From: Candidatus Hydrogenedentota bacterium
GTDB taxonomy: Bacteria; Hydrogenedentota; Hydrogenedentia; Hydrogenedentales; SLHB01
Direction: 5' to 3'
DNA length: 64,000 nucleotides
Assembly: GCA_963668025.2 (NCBI GenBank)
Contig: CAXXTH010000010.1
Location: forward strand, 768,001 to 832,000
Numbering within the stretch: the stretch's first letter is position 1; every line of letters begins with the position of its first letter. The notes under the pieces are model-generated. The model ran no database searches, had not been told where the DNA came from, and saw only the letters and a program-made list of their open reading frames with translations. A program made the position numbers and the translations under genes. Positions 18,021 through 29,221 of this stretch are shown in pieces.

Positions 18021-18632
18021 TCTTACACATTCATCAACATCTGTATCAAAATAGAGATCTCTTGATCTACTCATTACACTATAGCCCTGATCGTAACCAT
18101 CACTGGGGCCTTCAGGATTAACTGTATTAGCTATTAAAGTGTTACAAGTATCTTTAGAATATTGTTCAAAATAGATGGGCTCCCAAAACCTAATATAGTG
18201 ATCTTTAGGACACTCAGCAATGCCATGTGATTCATTTGACCAGAGCACGAGCAGGAACAATAGTGAGAAAACCGCGAAGTGCCGCATAGGAAAGTCCTCC
18301 ACATAGTTGCTACTTTCGTAAACGTATACCATGTGCGCCATGTATAGTGTGTAACAAGTTCGGTATTTTGTCAAGCACATTCTTCGAGCTTACCTCTAGA
18401 TGATGCGCTTCCTGAGCATCTGACAAGAAGCTTCCATCTCGAAAAGCATTGACGCCGGGAATTTTAGGTGCTAGATTGAATGTATAGATAAACGAAGTGG
18501 TGTGTATCGCAATGTGTCTGCTCGCGTTCATTTTCGCCTGCGGATACAGGGCGCGTAACATTCACCCGACCGCAAGGTGATTCCGAGCGGAAAGGCATGC
18601 ATGCGGCATGAATAAATCATGAATGCTGTTTT

Positions 18633-18672
18633 GCTCCCTTTTCGCGCGGAAGCGCGGAAAGGGGGCTTTTTT
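18633..18672 (+). terminator. Intrinsic terminator in the 5' leader of the TM1266-hydG operon
   Basis: GCTCCCTTTTCGCGC-GGAA-GCGCGGAAAGGGGGC followed by TTTTTT, ~18 nt before ATG 18691. Confidence 0.8.
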
Positions 18673-18690
18673 ATTTGGAGCGTATGCCGT

Positions 18691-18963
18691 ATGGATAAGA
18701 GGATTGGAATTGTAGGCGTTGTGATTGAAGATATCGCGTGCGCTGAACAGGTCAACGCCGTTCTACATGAATACGGACGGCTCATTATCGGCAGGATGGG
18801 GATTCCATACCGGGAGCGCGGCGTATCGGTCATATCGCTGATAGTGGATGGCAGCAATGATGATATCAGCGCTTTGACCGGCAAGCTGGGCAGGATATCC
18901 GGCGCCTCGGTGAAATCCATGATCACCAAACAAGCGTCCTCATATTCCCGGCAGCCATTGTAA
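18691..18963 (+). CDS. TM1266-family iron-only hydrogenase system putative regulator (ACT-like)
   Basis: RIGIVGVVIED...IIGRMGIPYRERGVSVISL...ISALTGKLG; adjacent to hydG. Confidence 0.88.
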   Translation: MDKRIGIVGVVIEDIACAEQVNAVLHEYGRLIIGRMGIPYRERGVSVISLIVDGSNDDISALTGKLGRISGASVKSMITKQASSYSRQPL

Positions 18964-19037
18964 AGGCAGGTTCGGCGTAACGGGCTTTCCCGGAAACATG
19001 CGTTTCCTTATATGCATAACACGAAAGGAGCAAGACA

Positions 19038-20465
19038 ATGTACAACGTAAAATCCATGGACGCGAACGAATTTATTGAAGATGGAGAGATCCTGGCGTCT
19101 ATTCAGGAAGCAAAACAACTGGCTCAAAATAGCGCGGAAATCGACCGGATTCTGGCGAAAGCCCAGACCTATCAAGGCATCTCCCATCGAGAGGCGGCGG
19201 TCTTGCTCGAAATCGATGACGAAGCGGCGCTCGAGAAAATGTATGCCATCGCTCGGGAGATTAAGGAGACGATCTACGGCAAGCGAATCGTGCTGTTCGC
19301 GCCCTTGTATCTATCCAGCTATTGCGTGAATAACTGCGCCTATTGCGGCTACCGGTGCGCCAATACAATCGGACGGCACCAGCTCACGCAGGAAGAACTG
19401 CGCGAGGAAATCCGGGCATTGCAAGCCATGGGCCACAAGCGCCTGCTGCTGGAAGCAGGCGAAGATGATGAACGATGCCCTATCGAGTACATCCTCGAGT
19501 GCATCAAAACCATCTACAATGAGAAATTCGAAAACGGCGCGATTCGCCGGGTGAATGTGGATATTGCCGCCACCACGGCGGAGAACTACCGGAAACTCAA
19601 GGATGCGGGCATCGGCACGTATATTCTTTTCCAGGAAACCTACCACAAGCCGACCTATCTGGCCTTGCACAGCGGCCCGAAGTGTAACTATGAGTGGCAT
19701 ACGGAAGCCATGGACAGGGCCATGCGGGGCGGGGGCATTGATGATGTGGGCATCGGCCCGCTATATGGGCTATATGACTACCACTACGAAACCGTGGCGC
19801 TGCTGATGCATGCGGAACACCTGGAGGCCGTCAACGGAGTAGGCCCGCACACCATCTCGTTTCCAAGGCTTCTACCGGCGGAAGGCGTCCATTTCGACGA
19901 TTTCCCCTATATCGTCAAAGACCGGGATTTTAAGAAAGTCGTAGCAGTCATACGTATGTCGGTTCCCTATACCGGGATGATCCTCTCCACGCGGGAGAGC
20001 GTCGAATTCCGCAAAGAGCTGTTGGAGATCGGCATCTCTCAGATGAGCGCCGGGTCATGCGTGGGCGTCGGAGGATATGCCCAACGGACAACGGTCGATG
20101 AAAGCGGGCTTGAGGAAAAGCCGCAATTCAATCTTGCAGATCATCGAAAACCCATTGATGTGATTAAAAGCCTAGTGAAAGACGGCTATGTCCCCAGTTA
20201 TTGCACCGCCTGTTACCGGGAAGGCCGGACCGGCGACCGTTTCATGCCGCTGGCGAAATCGGGCCAGATCGGGAATTTCTGTTTGCCTAATGCCCTGCTC
20301 ACCTTTGAAGAATATTTGAAAGATTATGGCGACACCGAATTGCAGGAGATAGGGCAGCAGATGATCGATCGTGAGATTTTGAATGTTCCTAATGAAAAAC
20401 AACGTGAGAGGGCGGTCGATTTTCTCGGCCGCATCCGAAAGGGAGAGCGCGATCTGCGATTTTAA
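19038..20465 (+). CDS. hydG: [FeFe]-hydrogenase H-cluster maturase HydG (radical SAM)
   Basis: CVNNCAYC radical SAM motif, LFQETY, C-terminal CTACYR...C second cluster motif, ends GERDLRF. Confidence 0.95.
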   Translation: MYNVKSMDANEFIEDGEILASIQEAKQLAQNSAEIDRILAKAQTYQGISHREAAVLLEIDDEAALEKMYAIAREIKETIYGKRIVLFAPLYLSSYCVNNCAYCGYRCANTIGRHQLTQEELREEIRALQAMGHKRLLLEAGEDDERCPIEYILECIKTIYNEKFENGAIRRVNVDIAATTAENYRKLKDAGIGTYILFQETYHKPTYLALHSGPKCNYEWHTEAMDRAMRGGGIDDVGIGPLYGLYDYHYETVALLMHAEHLEAVNGVGPHTISFPRLLPAEGVHFDDFPYIVKDRDFKKVVAVIRMSVPYTGMILSTRESVEFRKELLEIGISQMSAGSCVGVGGYAQRTTVDESGLEEKPQFNLADHRKPIDVIKSLVKDGYVPSYCTACYREGRTGDRFMPLAKSGQIGNFCLPNALLTFEEYLKDYGDTELQEIGQQMIDREILNVPNEKQRERAVDFLGRIRKGERDLRF

Positions 20466-21073
20466 GGCTTGGTGAAGTTGAGTCATTTTCAACGCAGAGG
20501 CCCGGAGAACGCAAAGTATCGCAAAGCATCCACTCTTCTCTATTCTCGAATGTGCGAATAAACGGTTCGAGAGCGGTTTTTTCGTAATGCTTTAGCGGAC
20601 TGAAGCAAGAGCTGTTTTTAGATATAATTTACAAGATTGAACATGATCGCCAAGATTATTCACATATTTGAACCTTAATCTATGAATTGTCCGGGCGTAC
20701 TTTTTTTGTGTAGCAAAATTGCCATTAAAAAAATTGTGTTTCATCTTGTTTAAAAAAATCCCCCATCAATGGAGGTTTGTTATGTATTCGCGGTTCAAAA
20801 AACGGCCCGACGCTTTCATTTCAGATGGCTAAAGTGTTACATTTTTCCTACTTTGCGAATCTATGTGTTCTCCACGCCTTGCGTTGGAAATGATCGTCCA
20901 TATCGAGTTGTAGGAATATCAAGTATAATAGGACAATTTTATCCGGCGATTTTCGGATTTGACACTATTTGATACCGTGAGGCACCATACTTAATCACTT
21001 CGACTTGCATGGCGTCTGGCATGGTGCGGCGGGCCTATAGTAGCCGCGGGGATTCCCACAAAGGCTTGAATTC

Positions 21074-24016
21074 ATGGATGGCGACGCATTTACCATACTT
21101 GCCGCTGAAAGCAATCACGCCGTGTTCCTTATCCGGGGTGGGCATATCGTTTTTGCGAATACCGCTGCGGAATTGCTGCTTGGATACAGCTATGGCGAGA
21201 TGGCGGAGCACACCAATTTTTGGAGCCTTTTTGAGCCAGATGTGCGGTTAAGCATTCTATCGAATGCGCCAGGCCAAAAAGGGCAGCCTGCGGCCAAGCA
21301 TATTGAAACGCGCTTGCGAAGCCTGTCTAATGTGTATCTGCCCGTGAAGCTTTCCGTAATCCCCGCCGAAGAAGGGCAGCTTTGCGTTATTGTACGGAAG
21401 CTTGCGATAGGCAGTGGCTGGGAGGAAACCGCCGCACTGCATATGAGATATGCCGATGCGCTGGCCACGTGCGCCCATGTGCTTTTGGCGACGACCGAAG
21501 TGGAAGCGGCGCTGCCCGCCGCCGCACGGGCGTTGTGTGAAGCGGCATGCGCATGCATGGTGTGCTTCTTCGAGAATGTGCGGGATAATGGCGGCAGCCG
21601 GGGGATGCGGCTGTTGTACGAGGAAGACGCCCAAGGCGGCATGTCCTTGTTTGAAGGGCCGGATGGCCGCCAGATGGCAAGCCAGCCAGATTTTCTGAGG
21701 TGGATATCATTGCTGGCCAGCGAGCAGGCCATGCATGGGCCTATCAGCCAATTGCCTAAAGAGGAGCGTGATTTATTCGCCCAGCATGGGATTGGTTCGG
21801 TTTTGATCTTGCCGGTATGGTCGGAGGGCGTATGGTCCGGCATTGTCCTATTCGGTGCATCAGATAAAAGCCGTTCCTGGCCCGCGCATGAACGCCGCAG
21901 CTTGCAGCTCGCGGCGCAGATTATCGGAGCCTACTTAGCGCGCGGGAGGGCGGAGGAGCTTACAAAGCGCCATCGGGATGAGTTGATGGCGGTGAATCAA
22001 CAGCTCGAGGACGCCATTTCCCGGGCCAATCGCATGGCGCTCGATGCGGAGATGGCCAGCATCGCGAAGAGCGAATTCCTTGCCAATATGAGCCATGAGA
22101 TCCGTACGCCCCTCAATGGAGTCATTGCCACCTCCGGATTATTGGCCGATACGCCGCTCACGCCCGAGCAGCGTGAATATGCGGAGATTATCCGCGTGTC
22201 GGGCGAGACCTTGCTGTCTTTGGTGAATGACATACTCGATTTCTCTAAAGTGGAAGCGGGCAGGCTCGAGCTGGAGAGCATTGATTTTAATCTTCGCGCG
22301 TGTATCGAAGAGACAGGCGATTTGCTCGCGGCGCGCGCGCATGAACAGGGCCTGGAGATGCCTATCCTTATGGAGCGCGGCGCACCGGAATGGGTGGGCG
22401 GCGATCCTTCCCGGTTCCGGCAAGTGCTCCTCAATCTGGCGGGCAATGCAGTTAAATTCACCCAAGCGGGCGAAGTGTGTATACGCGTGGAGGTGGTGGA
22501 GGAATCCGCGGAATCCGTGACGGTTCGAACCAGCGTATCGGATACTGGCATTGGCATCCCACCGGACCGCATTGCATCGTTGTTTAGCCCATTCACCCAG
22601 CTCGATGCATCCACCACGCGGCGCTACGGAGGCACCGGCCTGGGCCTGGCTATTTCCAAGCGGCTTGTTAATGCCATGAACGGAGAGATAGGGGTCGAGA
22701 GCGTGGAGGGAAAGGGCTCGACCTTCTTCTTTACGATACCGTTCCGCAGGCCGTCTGCAAGCCGCGCCATGCCTGCTGGCCATGCAATGCTCCGTGGTGT
22801 GCGCGTCCTGGTGGCCGACAACAACGCGAAAAACCGCCAGGCTTGCATGGAATGCTTGGCTGCTTGGGGATGCGAGGCTTTCGAGTCAGAGTTTGAGAAG
22901 AATGTGTTGTCCTTATTGCGCGGCGCTGCTGGCGCGCCGCCATTCCGCGCCGCGTTGCTCGGAATGAATTCAAGCGATGTTTTAGCGCAAGAGCTGGCCG
23001 CCGCTATTTCCCAGGATGCATCGCTCGCCGGTGTGCGCTTGATCTGGATGGCGCTGGCCACCCAGCGCGCGGAAGGCCAGAAGCTAGCTGCCGCATGCAG
23101 CGGCGCTTATATCGTCAAACCGGTGAAGCAACATGCGCTTTATAATGCACTGGCCGAAGTGATCGGATTTGCGTCCCATGAAGCGGGGGGCGGTTCCACC
23201 GAACGCGCTAATGACGCCGCCCCCGATGAAGCGCAGCGGAAGCAATTCCGAATCTTGCTCGCCGAGGACAATCGGGTGAATCAAAAGGTGGCGGAACGTA
23301 TGCTGGCGCGCCTTGGTTATGGGTGCGATATCGCCGATAATGGCTTGGCCGCCTTGGATGCAGTGTCCCACCGGGTATATGACCTCATCTTGATGGATTG
23401 TCAAATGCCTGAGATGGATGGATACCAAGCGACACAGGCCATCCGGCGGTGGGAGCTGGGCCAGCAGCGGCGCGTCGCCATTGTGGCCATGACCGCCGCA
23501 GCCATGAAGAGCGACCGGGAGCAATGTATCGAATCTGGCATGGATGATTATATTACCAAGCCGGTGGACATTCATGCGCTGGATGCCGTGCTTAGGCGGT
23601 TTCTCGACGCCAAATTGGAATCGCCGCCAGCGGATGAAGCAAAAGACTCAGAAGCCGACATTAACGCGCAAGGCCCCCCGCCGGTGGATTTCACTCGGCT
23701 TGAATCCATTCTGGAAGGCGACCATGTGCTGTTTCAAGAAATCATGAGCATGTTTTTATCCGACACAACCAGCCGCTTGGAATGTTTGCGCAAAGCGGTA
23801 TCAGCAGAAGATATGGCTGAGATCATGCGTCTTGCCCATTCGCTTCGAGGCGCCAGCAGCAATATAGGCGCCATGGGATTGGCGTCCGCCGCGGAAGCAC
23901 TGGAGAAAAGCGCCAAGGCCGGCGATCTGGAAGAATCTGAAGTTGTGCATTCGCGTGTCGAGTCTGAATTTAAGCGAGTACGGCGCGCGCTCGAAGAACG
24001 AATTGGCAGGCAATAG
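21074..24016 (+). CDS. Hybrid sensor histidine kinase (PAS-GAF-HisKA-HATPase-REC-REC-Hpt)
   Basis: [49 protein letters not shown]. Confidence 0.95.
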   Translation: MDGDAFTILAAESNHAVFLIRGGHIVFANTAAELLLGYSYGEMAEHTNFWSLFEPDVRLSILSNAPGQKGQPAAKHIETRLRSLSNVYLPVKLSVIPAEEGQLCVIVRKLAIGSGWEETAALHMRYADALATCAHVLLATTEVEAALPAAARALCEAACACMVCFFENVRDNGGSRGMRLLYEEDAQGGMSLFEGPDGRQMASQPDFLRWISLLASEQAMHGPISQLPKEERDLFAQHGIGSVLILPVWSEGVWSGIVLFGASDKSRSWPAHERRSLQLAAQIIGAYLARGRAEELTKRHRDELMAVNQQLEDAISRANRMALDAEMASIAKSEFLANMSHEIRTPLNGVIATSGLLADTPLTPEQREYAEIIRVSGETLLSLVNDILDFSKVEAGRLELESIDFNLRACIEETGDLLAARAHEQGLEMPILMERGAPEWVGGDPSRFRQVLLNLAGNAVKFTQAGEVCIRVEVVEESAESVTVRTSVSDTGIGIPPDRIASLFSPFTQLDASTTRRYGGTGLGLAISKRLVNAMNGEIGVESVEGKGSTFFFTIPFRRPSASRAMPAGHAMLRGVRVLVADNNAKNRQACMECLAAWGCEAFESEFEKNVLSLLRGAAGAPPFRAALLGMNSSDVLAQELAAAISQDASLAGVRLIWMALATQRAEGQKLAAACSGAYIVKPVKQHALYNALAEVIGFASHEAGGGSTERANDAAPDEAQRKQFRILLAEDNRVNQKVAERMLARLGYGCDIADNGLAALDAVSHRVYDLILMDCQMPEMDGYQATQAIRRWELGQQRRVAIVAMTAAAMKSDREQCIESGMDDYITKPVDIHALDAVLRRFLDAKLESPPADEAKDSEADINAQGPPPVDFTRLESILEGDHVLFQEIMSMFLSDTTSRLECLRKAVSAEDMAEIMRLAHSLRGASSNIGAMGLASAAEALEKSAKAGDLEESEVVHSRVESEFKRVRRALEERIGRQ

Positions 24017-24037
24017 TTTGGAGTTTATCGCGCAGGT

Positions 24038-26917
24038 GTGGATGACACCAGCGTCATGGAGGTAAAAGTGGTGTCAATGGATGGTGCGGCGCAGCGAAAA
24101 GCAATATCGAGCGGGCCATGTGAAGTGCGTTTTGATGACTTAACGCGGCGTCTCTACGCTACGGATGCATCTATTTATCAAATCGAACCTTTCGGCGTGG
24201 CGTTTCCCCGCACGGCCCAAGAGGCGAGCCATGCCATGCTGGCCGCCGCCGAGGCAGAGGTTTCAATCATTCCGCGTTGCGGCGGTACGGGCCTTGCCGG
24301 GGGTGCCGTGGGCCCGGGGCTGGTGATTGATTTGGCCCGCTACAATCGTAAAATCACCGATCTGGACATTGAACAGCGTACTGTCCGCGTAGGCGCGGGT
24401 GTTGTGCTCGATCAACTCAACACATTTCTAGCGCCGCATGGCTTTTGTTACGGCCCGGATGTCGCCACAAGCTCCCGCGCTACGCTCGGAGGCATGATTT
24501 CCAACAATTCATCGGGCGCGCGCGCTCCCATATATGGCACGACTTCCGAGCATGTGCAATCCTTGGAAGTGATTCTGGCGGATGGCTCGCTCCGGACCGT
24601 GGGCGGCATACGGGAGGGTCTGGAAGAACTCCGTATCGCTGTAGACGGCATTGTCTCACGTGTAGCTCCCGAAGTGGACGCCCGGTTCCCCAGCGGCATA
24701 TGCAAGCGGTGGCCTGGATATGGATTTGATCGGTATTTGCGCGGCGGGCGGGGCCTTACGAAAATCCTAGCGGGCAGCGAAGGCACTCTGGCCGCTATTT
24801 GGTCGGCTGAACTGAATATCGTCCCGCTTCCAAAAGAAAAGGGAGTGGCCCTGTTCTTTTTCGCCTCCGTGCCCGAGGCCATGCAGGCCACGGTGGAATT
24901 CCTCGATTTGAAGCCCGCCGCCATCGAGCATATGGACCGCGCGTTATTCGGGCAAACCCGAGGCCAGCATGCTTTTACCGAGACGCGCCGGTTTTTACGC
25001 CTCGACGAGGAACCTTGCGAAGCGATTTTGATCGTCGAATTTTATGATCACGTGGCCGAAAAACTGGCTGCCCTCGAACAGCGCACTATCGGGTTGCGTT
25101 CCATGATGGTGACGGAACCCTCGGAAATGGCCATGGTGTGGAATCTGCGCAAGGCGGGCCTTTCGCTGCTGACGGGCCGGAAAGGGTCCATCAAACCCAC
25201 CGCCGGGGTCGAGGACGTAGCAGTCCGTCCCGAACAATTGCCCGCTTATGTCGATAGCCTGCGGGAAATCATGAAATGTACGGGCGTCGAGGCTTCGTAC
25301 TATGGCCATGCCGCCTCCGGCCTTCTGCATGTCCGGCCCGTGGTGGATCTACATACCGCCGAAGGCGTCGCCGCGTATCGAAAAGTTGCGGAAGAAGTAT
25401 CGGCGCTGGCCCGGCAGTTCAACGCGTCCCTTGCATCGGAACACGGCGTAGGCATTGCGCGCACGGAATTTTTGCCGGAGCATCTCGGCCCTGAACTCAT
25501 GAACGCCATGCGCGCCGTTAAGCAACTGTTCGACCCGAACGGCTTGATGAATCCGGGTAAAATCCTCCCATCGGACAAGGCCGGACCCTTCCGGATTGAC
25601 ACGAATTTGCGCATGGGCGCGGGCTACCTCATCCATTTGCCGTTCACGCCTGTGCTCGCCTTCGCCGAGAAAGACGGCTCATTCGTGGGCAATCTCGAAC
25701 AATGCAACGGCTGCGGCGGTTGCCGCCAAGATGTGCCCACCATGTGCCCCACGTACCAAGCCACGGGCGACGAACTCATGTCCACCCGGGGCCGCGCGAA
25801 CATCCTGCGCGCTACTTTGGAGGGCCGGTTCTCGGGGAATGGGCAGTTGCTGCTGGCAGCCGAATTAAGCGAGGCCTTGAACAATTGCTTGTCGTGCAAG
25901 GCCTGCGCGGTGGAATGCCCCTCGAACGTGAACATGCCGCTGCTCAAAGCGGAAGTGCTTCATGCCAAACATCAGCAGACAGGCGTCACCTTGCGCGAGC
26001 GAATGATTAGCGGATTCGACGCCATGGGCCAATTGGCCAGCATGACTCCCCGCATCGCGAATGCGTTCATGAACCTCAAACCCGTACGCGTTTTCATGGA
26101 ACAGGCCATCGGTTTCACCTCGAAACGGCCTTTCCCCCGTTTTGCACGGAAACGTTTCGACCGATGGTTTGCACAGCATACGCCCACGGGCGCGGGGGGG
26201 CGCGGGAATGTGGTGTTGTGGGATGACGCCTCCGTGCGATATTGCGAACCGGAGGTGGGCATTGCAGCCGTATCGGTTCTGGAAGCGGCGGGCTACCGGG
26301 TGCGCCTGTTGAAGGGCCGGAAATGCGATGGGCGCCCGGCGTTCAGTACAGGCCGCCTGGATATTGCCCGGAAATACGGCGAGCATAATGTGCGCCTGTT
26401 CCGCCAAGACGGCACGCGTGATCCCATTATCTTTTTGGAGCCTTCCAGCTATTCGATGTTCGTGCAGGATTACCGTGAACTGGGAATCGCGGACACCGAA
26501 GACGTGTCGGCGCGCTGCGTGCTCTTCGAGCAGTTTGTGTATGAGCTGCTCGAAAAGCACCCCGATGCGTTACATTTCAAGAACATCCCCACGAACGTGG
26601 CCATTCATACCCATTGCCACGCGAAGGCGCTGGCCGATCCCGCCATCGGCGAGAAGCTCCTTCGCAAAGCGCCGGGGTGCAGCGTGTCCACGCTGAAGAC
26701 GGGCTGCTGCGGCATGGCGGGCCAGTTTGGCCAATTGCGCGAGAAATATGAACTGTCCATTCAAGTAGGCAAGCTTTTTGCCGAACAGGTCGGTACGATG
26801 CCCGCGGGAGCACGGCTCATTGCCAATGGCACGAGCTGCCGCAATCAAGCGAATCATCTCACCAGCGCACGCCCCGAGCATATCGCCCAATTTCTAGCCA
26901 GCATACTGGCGGAGTGA
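24038..26917 (+). CDS. FAD-binding / Fe-S oxidoreductase (YdiJ/GlcD-GlcF fusion type)
   Basis: YATDASIY, GGTGLAG, SEHGVG, CNGCGGC, CLSCKACAVECP, CCGMAG. Confidence 0.92.
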   Translation: MDDTSVMEVKVVSMDGAAQRKAISSGPCEVRFDDLTRRLYATDASIYQIEPFGVAFPRTAQEASHAMLAAAEAEVSIIPRCGGTGLAGGAVGPGLVIDLARYNRKITDLDIEQRTVRVGAGVVLDQLNTFLAPHGFCYGPDVATSSRATLGGMISNNSSGARAPIYGTTSEHVQSLEVILADGSLRTVGGIREGLEELRIAVDGIVSRVAPEVDARFPSGICKRWPGYGFDRYLRGGRGLTKILAGSEGTLAAIWSAELNIVPLPKEKGVALFFFASVPEAMQATVEFLDLKPAAIEHMDRALFGQTRGQHAFTETRRFLRLDEEPCEAILIVEFYDHVAEKLAALEQRTIGLRSMMVTEPSEMAMVWNLRKAGLSLLTGRKGSIKPTAGVEDVAVRPEQLPAYVDSLREIMKCTGVEASYYGHAASGLLHVRPVVDLHTAEGVAAYRKVAEEVSALARQFNASLASEHGVGIARTEFLPEHLGPELMNAMRAVKQLFDPNGLMNPGKILPSDKAGPFRIDTNLRMGAGYLIHLPFTPVLAFAEKDGSFVGNLEQCNGCGGCRQDVPTMCPTYQATGDELMSTRGRANILRATLEGRFSGNGQLLLAAELSEALNNCLSCKACAVECPSNVNMPLLKAEVLHAKHQQTGVTLRERMISGFDAMGQLASMTPRIANAFMNLKPVRVFMEQAIGFTSKRPFPRFARKRFDRWFAQHTPTGAGGRGNVVLWDDASVRYCEPEVGIAAVSVLEAAGYRVRLLKGRKCDGRPAFSTGRLDIARKYGEHNVRLFRQDGTRDPIIFLEPSSYSMFVQDYRELGIADTEDVSARCVLFEQFVYELLEKHPDALHFKNIPTNVAIHTHCHAKALADPAIGEKLLRKAPGCSVSTLKTGCCGMAGQFGQLREKYELSIQVGKLFAEQVGTMPAGARLIANGTSCRNQANHLTSARPEHIAQFLASILAE

Positions 26918-27047
26918 ATAAGCGGCCAAGTATGAGATGAAAATAGTTTTTCGAAATCTCCCGTAGCATGGGCGTCTCGCCCATGACGCACATGCTAGAG
27001 CCTATGTTTTATTTCGGTAACAACCGCACTTTATTAACAAACATAGT

Positions 27048-27071
27048 GTGGGACCGGCGCCTTCGCCGGTC
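27048..27071. repeat. REP-like family 3, GTGGGACCG...CGGTC; further copies at 39926-39948 (inverted) and 39970-39993
   Basis: GTGG-capped hairpins in intergenic gaps. Confidence 0.6.
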
Positions 27072-27142
27072 ATTCGCCGCAATCGGAAAAGCCCATGGCA
27101 TAACGGCATGCAGTCATAACGTGGAGGAGAATATCGGCGAAA

Positions 27143-29177
27143 ATGGCTTCAAACGTTCACCCTAGACGGCATCTTGAAGTATTGTCTCTTTCTATTTTGG
27201 CTTGCCTGGCTTTTTCGGTTCTGGAACTGATTAAGTTCCAACGCATATATGGATGGTGCGGCGGCGATTTTCAAGGCTGGGCTGGCGTTCTGCTTGGATT
27301 CGGCATTTACCTGGCGCTGGTCTGGGGAGTAGCGGAGCTGGCGCTGGCTGTTGTCCGTATGGCAAGCCGCCAACGGGATTGGATGCCCGTAGTTGCGGTC
27401 TGGTTCTCCTCCTCGCTGGTGTGGTCCGCCGTATGCGCTGGCGGGGGAAATGTCCGCCTGGCCACCATCGTGTGCATGCCGGTGCTTTTGTGTGTTTGCT
27501 TTGTGGGCGCAGGATGGCGGAGAGGTGCGCGCCTGAACCGTTATATCGCGCTGGCCTTGTGTTTCCTAGCTTGCGGCGCGGCGCAAACCGCCTTGGGCGA
27601 ACTACTTTTTTTGTCTCCCCACCGCCTCCTATACGCCACGCCCGCCGCATTGGCGTATGGCTTGCTCTCGGGTTTGTTGCTGCTTTGGATGCGAAGCCGC
27701 TCCTGGCGGGTCCGGTTCGTATGTGCCGTGCTGATGCTTGGCTTGCCGTTTTCGGTTTTTGCCTTGCGCTTCGCGCCAGCACGCGCCCATAACGGCGCTC
27801 CGCCGAATCTAGTCTTGATCACCTGCGATGCGTTGCGAGCAGATTTTTGTTCCGTATATGGCGGGACAACGCCGACGCCCGCCCTCGAATCGCTTGCCCA
27901 AACCGGACGATTGTATGCATCGAGTTATTCGCTTGCCCCATGGACCCTTCCTTCCATGGTGGGCCTGTTTTCCTCATCATATCCGCCAGGCGTAGCGCCT
28001 CATTCCGAGCCTGCGCAGGCTATTCGCGCGCTCACCCGAAACCGCATCCCGGATGAAACGCCCACGCTCGCAGAATTGCTGGCGGCTCGAGGTTATAGGA
28101 CAGGAGGATTCAGCGGCAATCCCTTGTTGCAGGGACCAAACGGCGTATTTCGAGGTTTTCAGGCATCCGCCGCATTCTATAACCGTGCAACCGCTAAAAA
28201 CGGGCCTGTTGCGCCAAGTCCCCATATTGCAGGGAGCGGCGGCCCGCTTTTGGCCGGAGATCGCCCCCGAGCGTCCATTAGACACTACGCGCATCCTCAC
28301 CCGGTACGCCCAGCATTTCATCCGGCGCAACGCCCGCCAGCCGTTTTTTCTCTGGGTTCATTACATGGACCCCCACACGCCGTTGGATCCTCCCGAGAGG
28401 TATCGCTCGATGGCGGGGCCTCGGCCGGTGTTTTGCGATGCCGATCCTCGCTGGGGCTGGAATTCTTTTTCCCGTCAGCCGGTATACAATGATTTGGTTC
28501 TGGATGAACCGGATCGCCGTTACATCGAGTCCTTATATCGGGGTGAAGTGCGGTATGTGGATGAAGGCGTTGGGCAGAGCCTAGGTGTGCTGGATGCCTT
28601 GGGGCTTCGAGAGCGCACCGTAGTATGCCTCACGGCGGACCACGGCGAGGCATTCTGGGAGCATGGCCATTTCGGGCATGGCACAGCATTATATGATGAA
28701 CAAGTCCATGTGCCGCTCCTATTTTCGGGGCCAGGCATTGAATCCGGCCAGGAATCCGCGCCCGTCTCCGCCATCGGCGTCATGCCAGCCTTAGCCAGCC
28801 TTCTTGGGATTCCGGCTCCTCCCCAATGGAACGGGCAATCTTTGCTTGAATCGCCAAATCAGCCTTGCTATATACGCGCTAACAATCCACTTATCACCCC
28901 CGAGCCGCTTGAAGCCGTCGTTTCTCCCTCTAGCGGTTTGAAAGGCATTCACGGCCTCGCATCGAATCGGTTCGAGCTGTATAGGCTTGATGAAGATCCT
29001 GCGGAACAACGTGATTGCAGCGCGGGGCAGCCAGCCGATGCGGAGACGTTGCGCGCGGTGTTGGAGAAGTGGAACGCCGCCTATCCGCCGGGTGAGTCTG
29101 CCGCACAACCCGCGAATGCGGAAGAGGAGATGATGGAGCAATTGCGTAATATGGGATATGCAGGACAGAAAAATTAG
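27143..29177 (+). pseudogene. Membrane-anchored sulfatase-family protein with one frameshift (or sequencing error)
   Basis: N-terminal TM helices, PNLVLITCDALRAD and WTLPS in one frame; FFLWVHYMDPH, TADHGE, HVPL in the +1 frame; switch near A5 at 28196-28200. Confidence 0.8.
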
Positions 29178-29221
29178 TGATTTGGTGAGGATTTAGCCGA
29201 TTCAACCGATTTATAGCCGTT

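Larger units (their letters stand above)
16444..18287 (-). pseudogene. Secreted protein gene (possible clan CD cysteine peptidase) interrupted by IS200
   Basis: 5' part from ATG 18287 (RBS GGAGG, signal peptide MRHFAVFSLLFLLVLW); 3' part 16444-17355; excising 17356-18020 gives in-frame DECVR-LNFDLYGFAG. Confidence 0.7.

Noticed and set aside
18505-18690. Assignment of the hydG leader to TPP, SAM-I, cobalamin, T-box or Moco classes
   Set aside because: Their conserved signature sequences are not visible; kept only as an unclassified candidate
22790-23160. Degenerate first receiver domain in the hybrid kinase
   Set aside because: Pseudo-receiver domains are common in this kinase class
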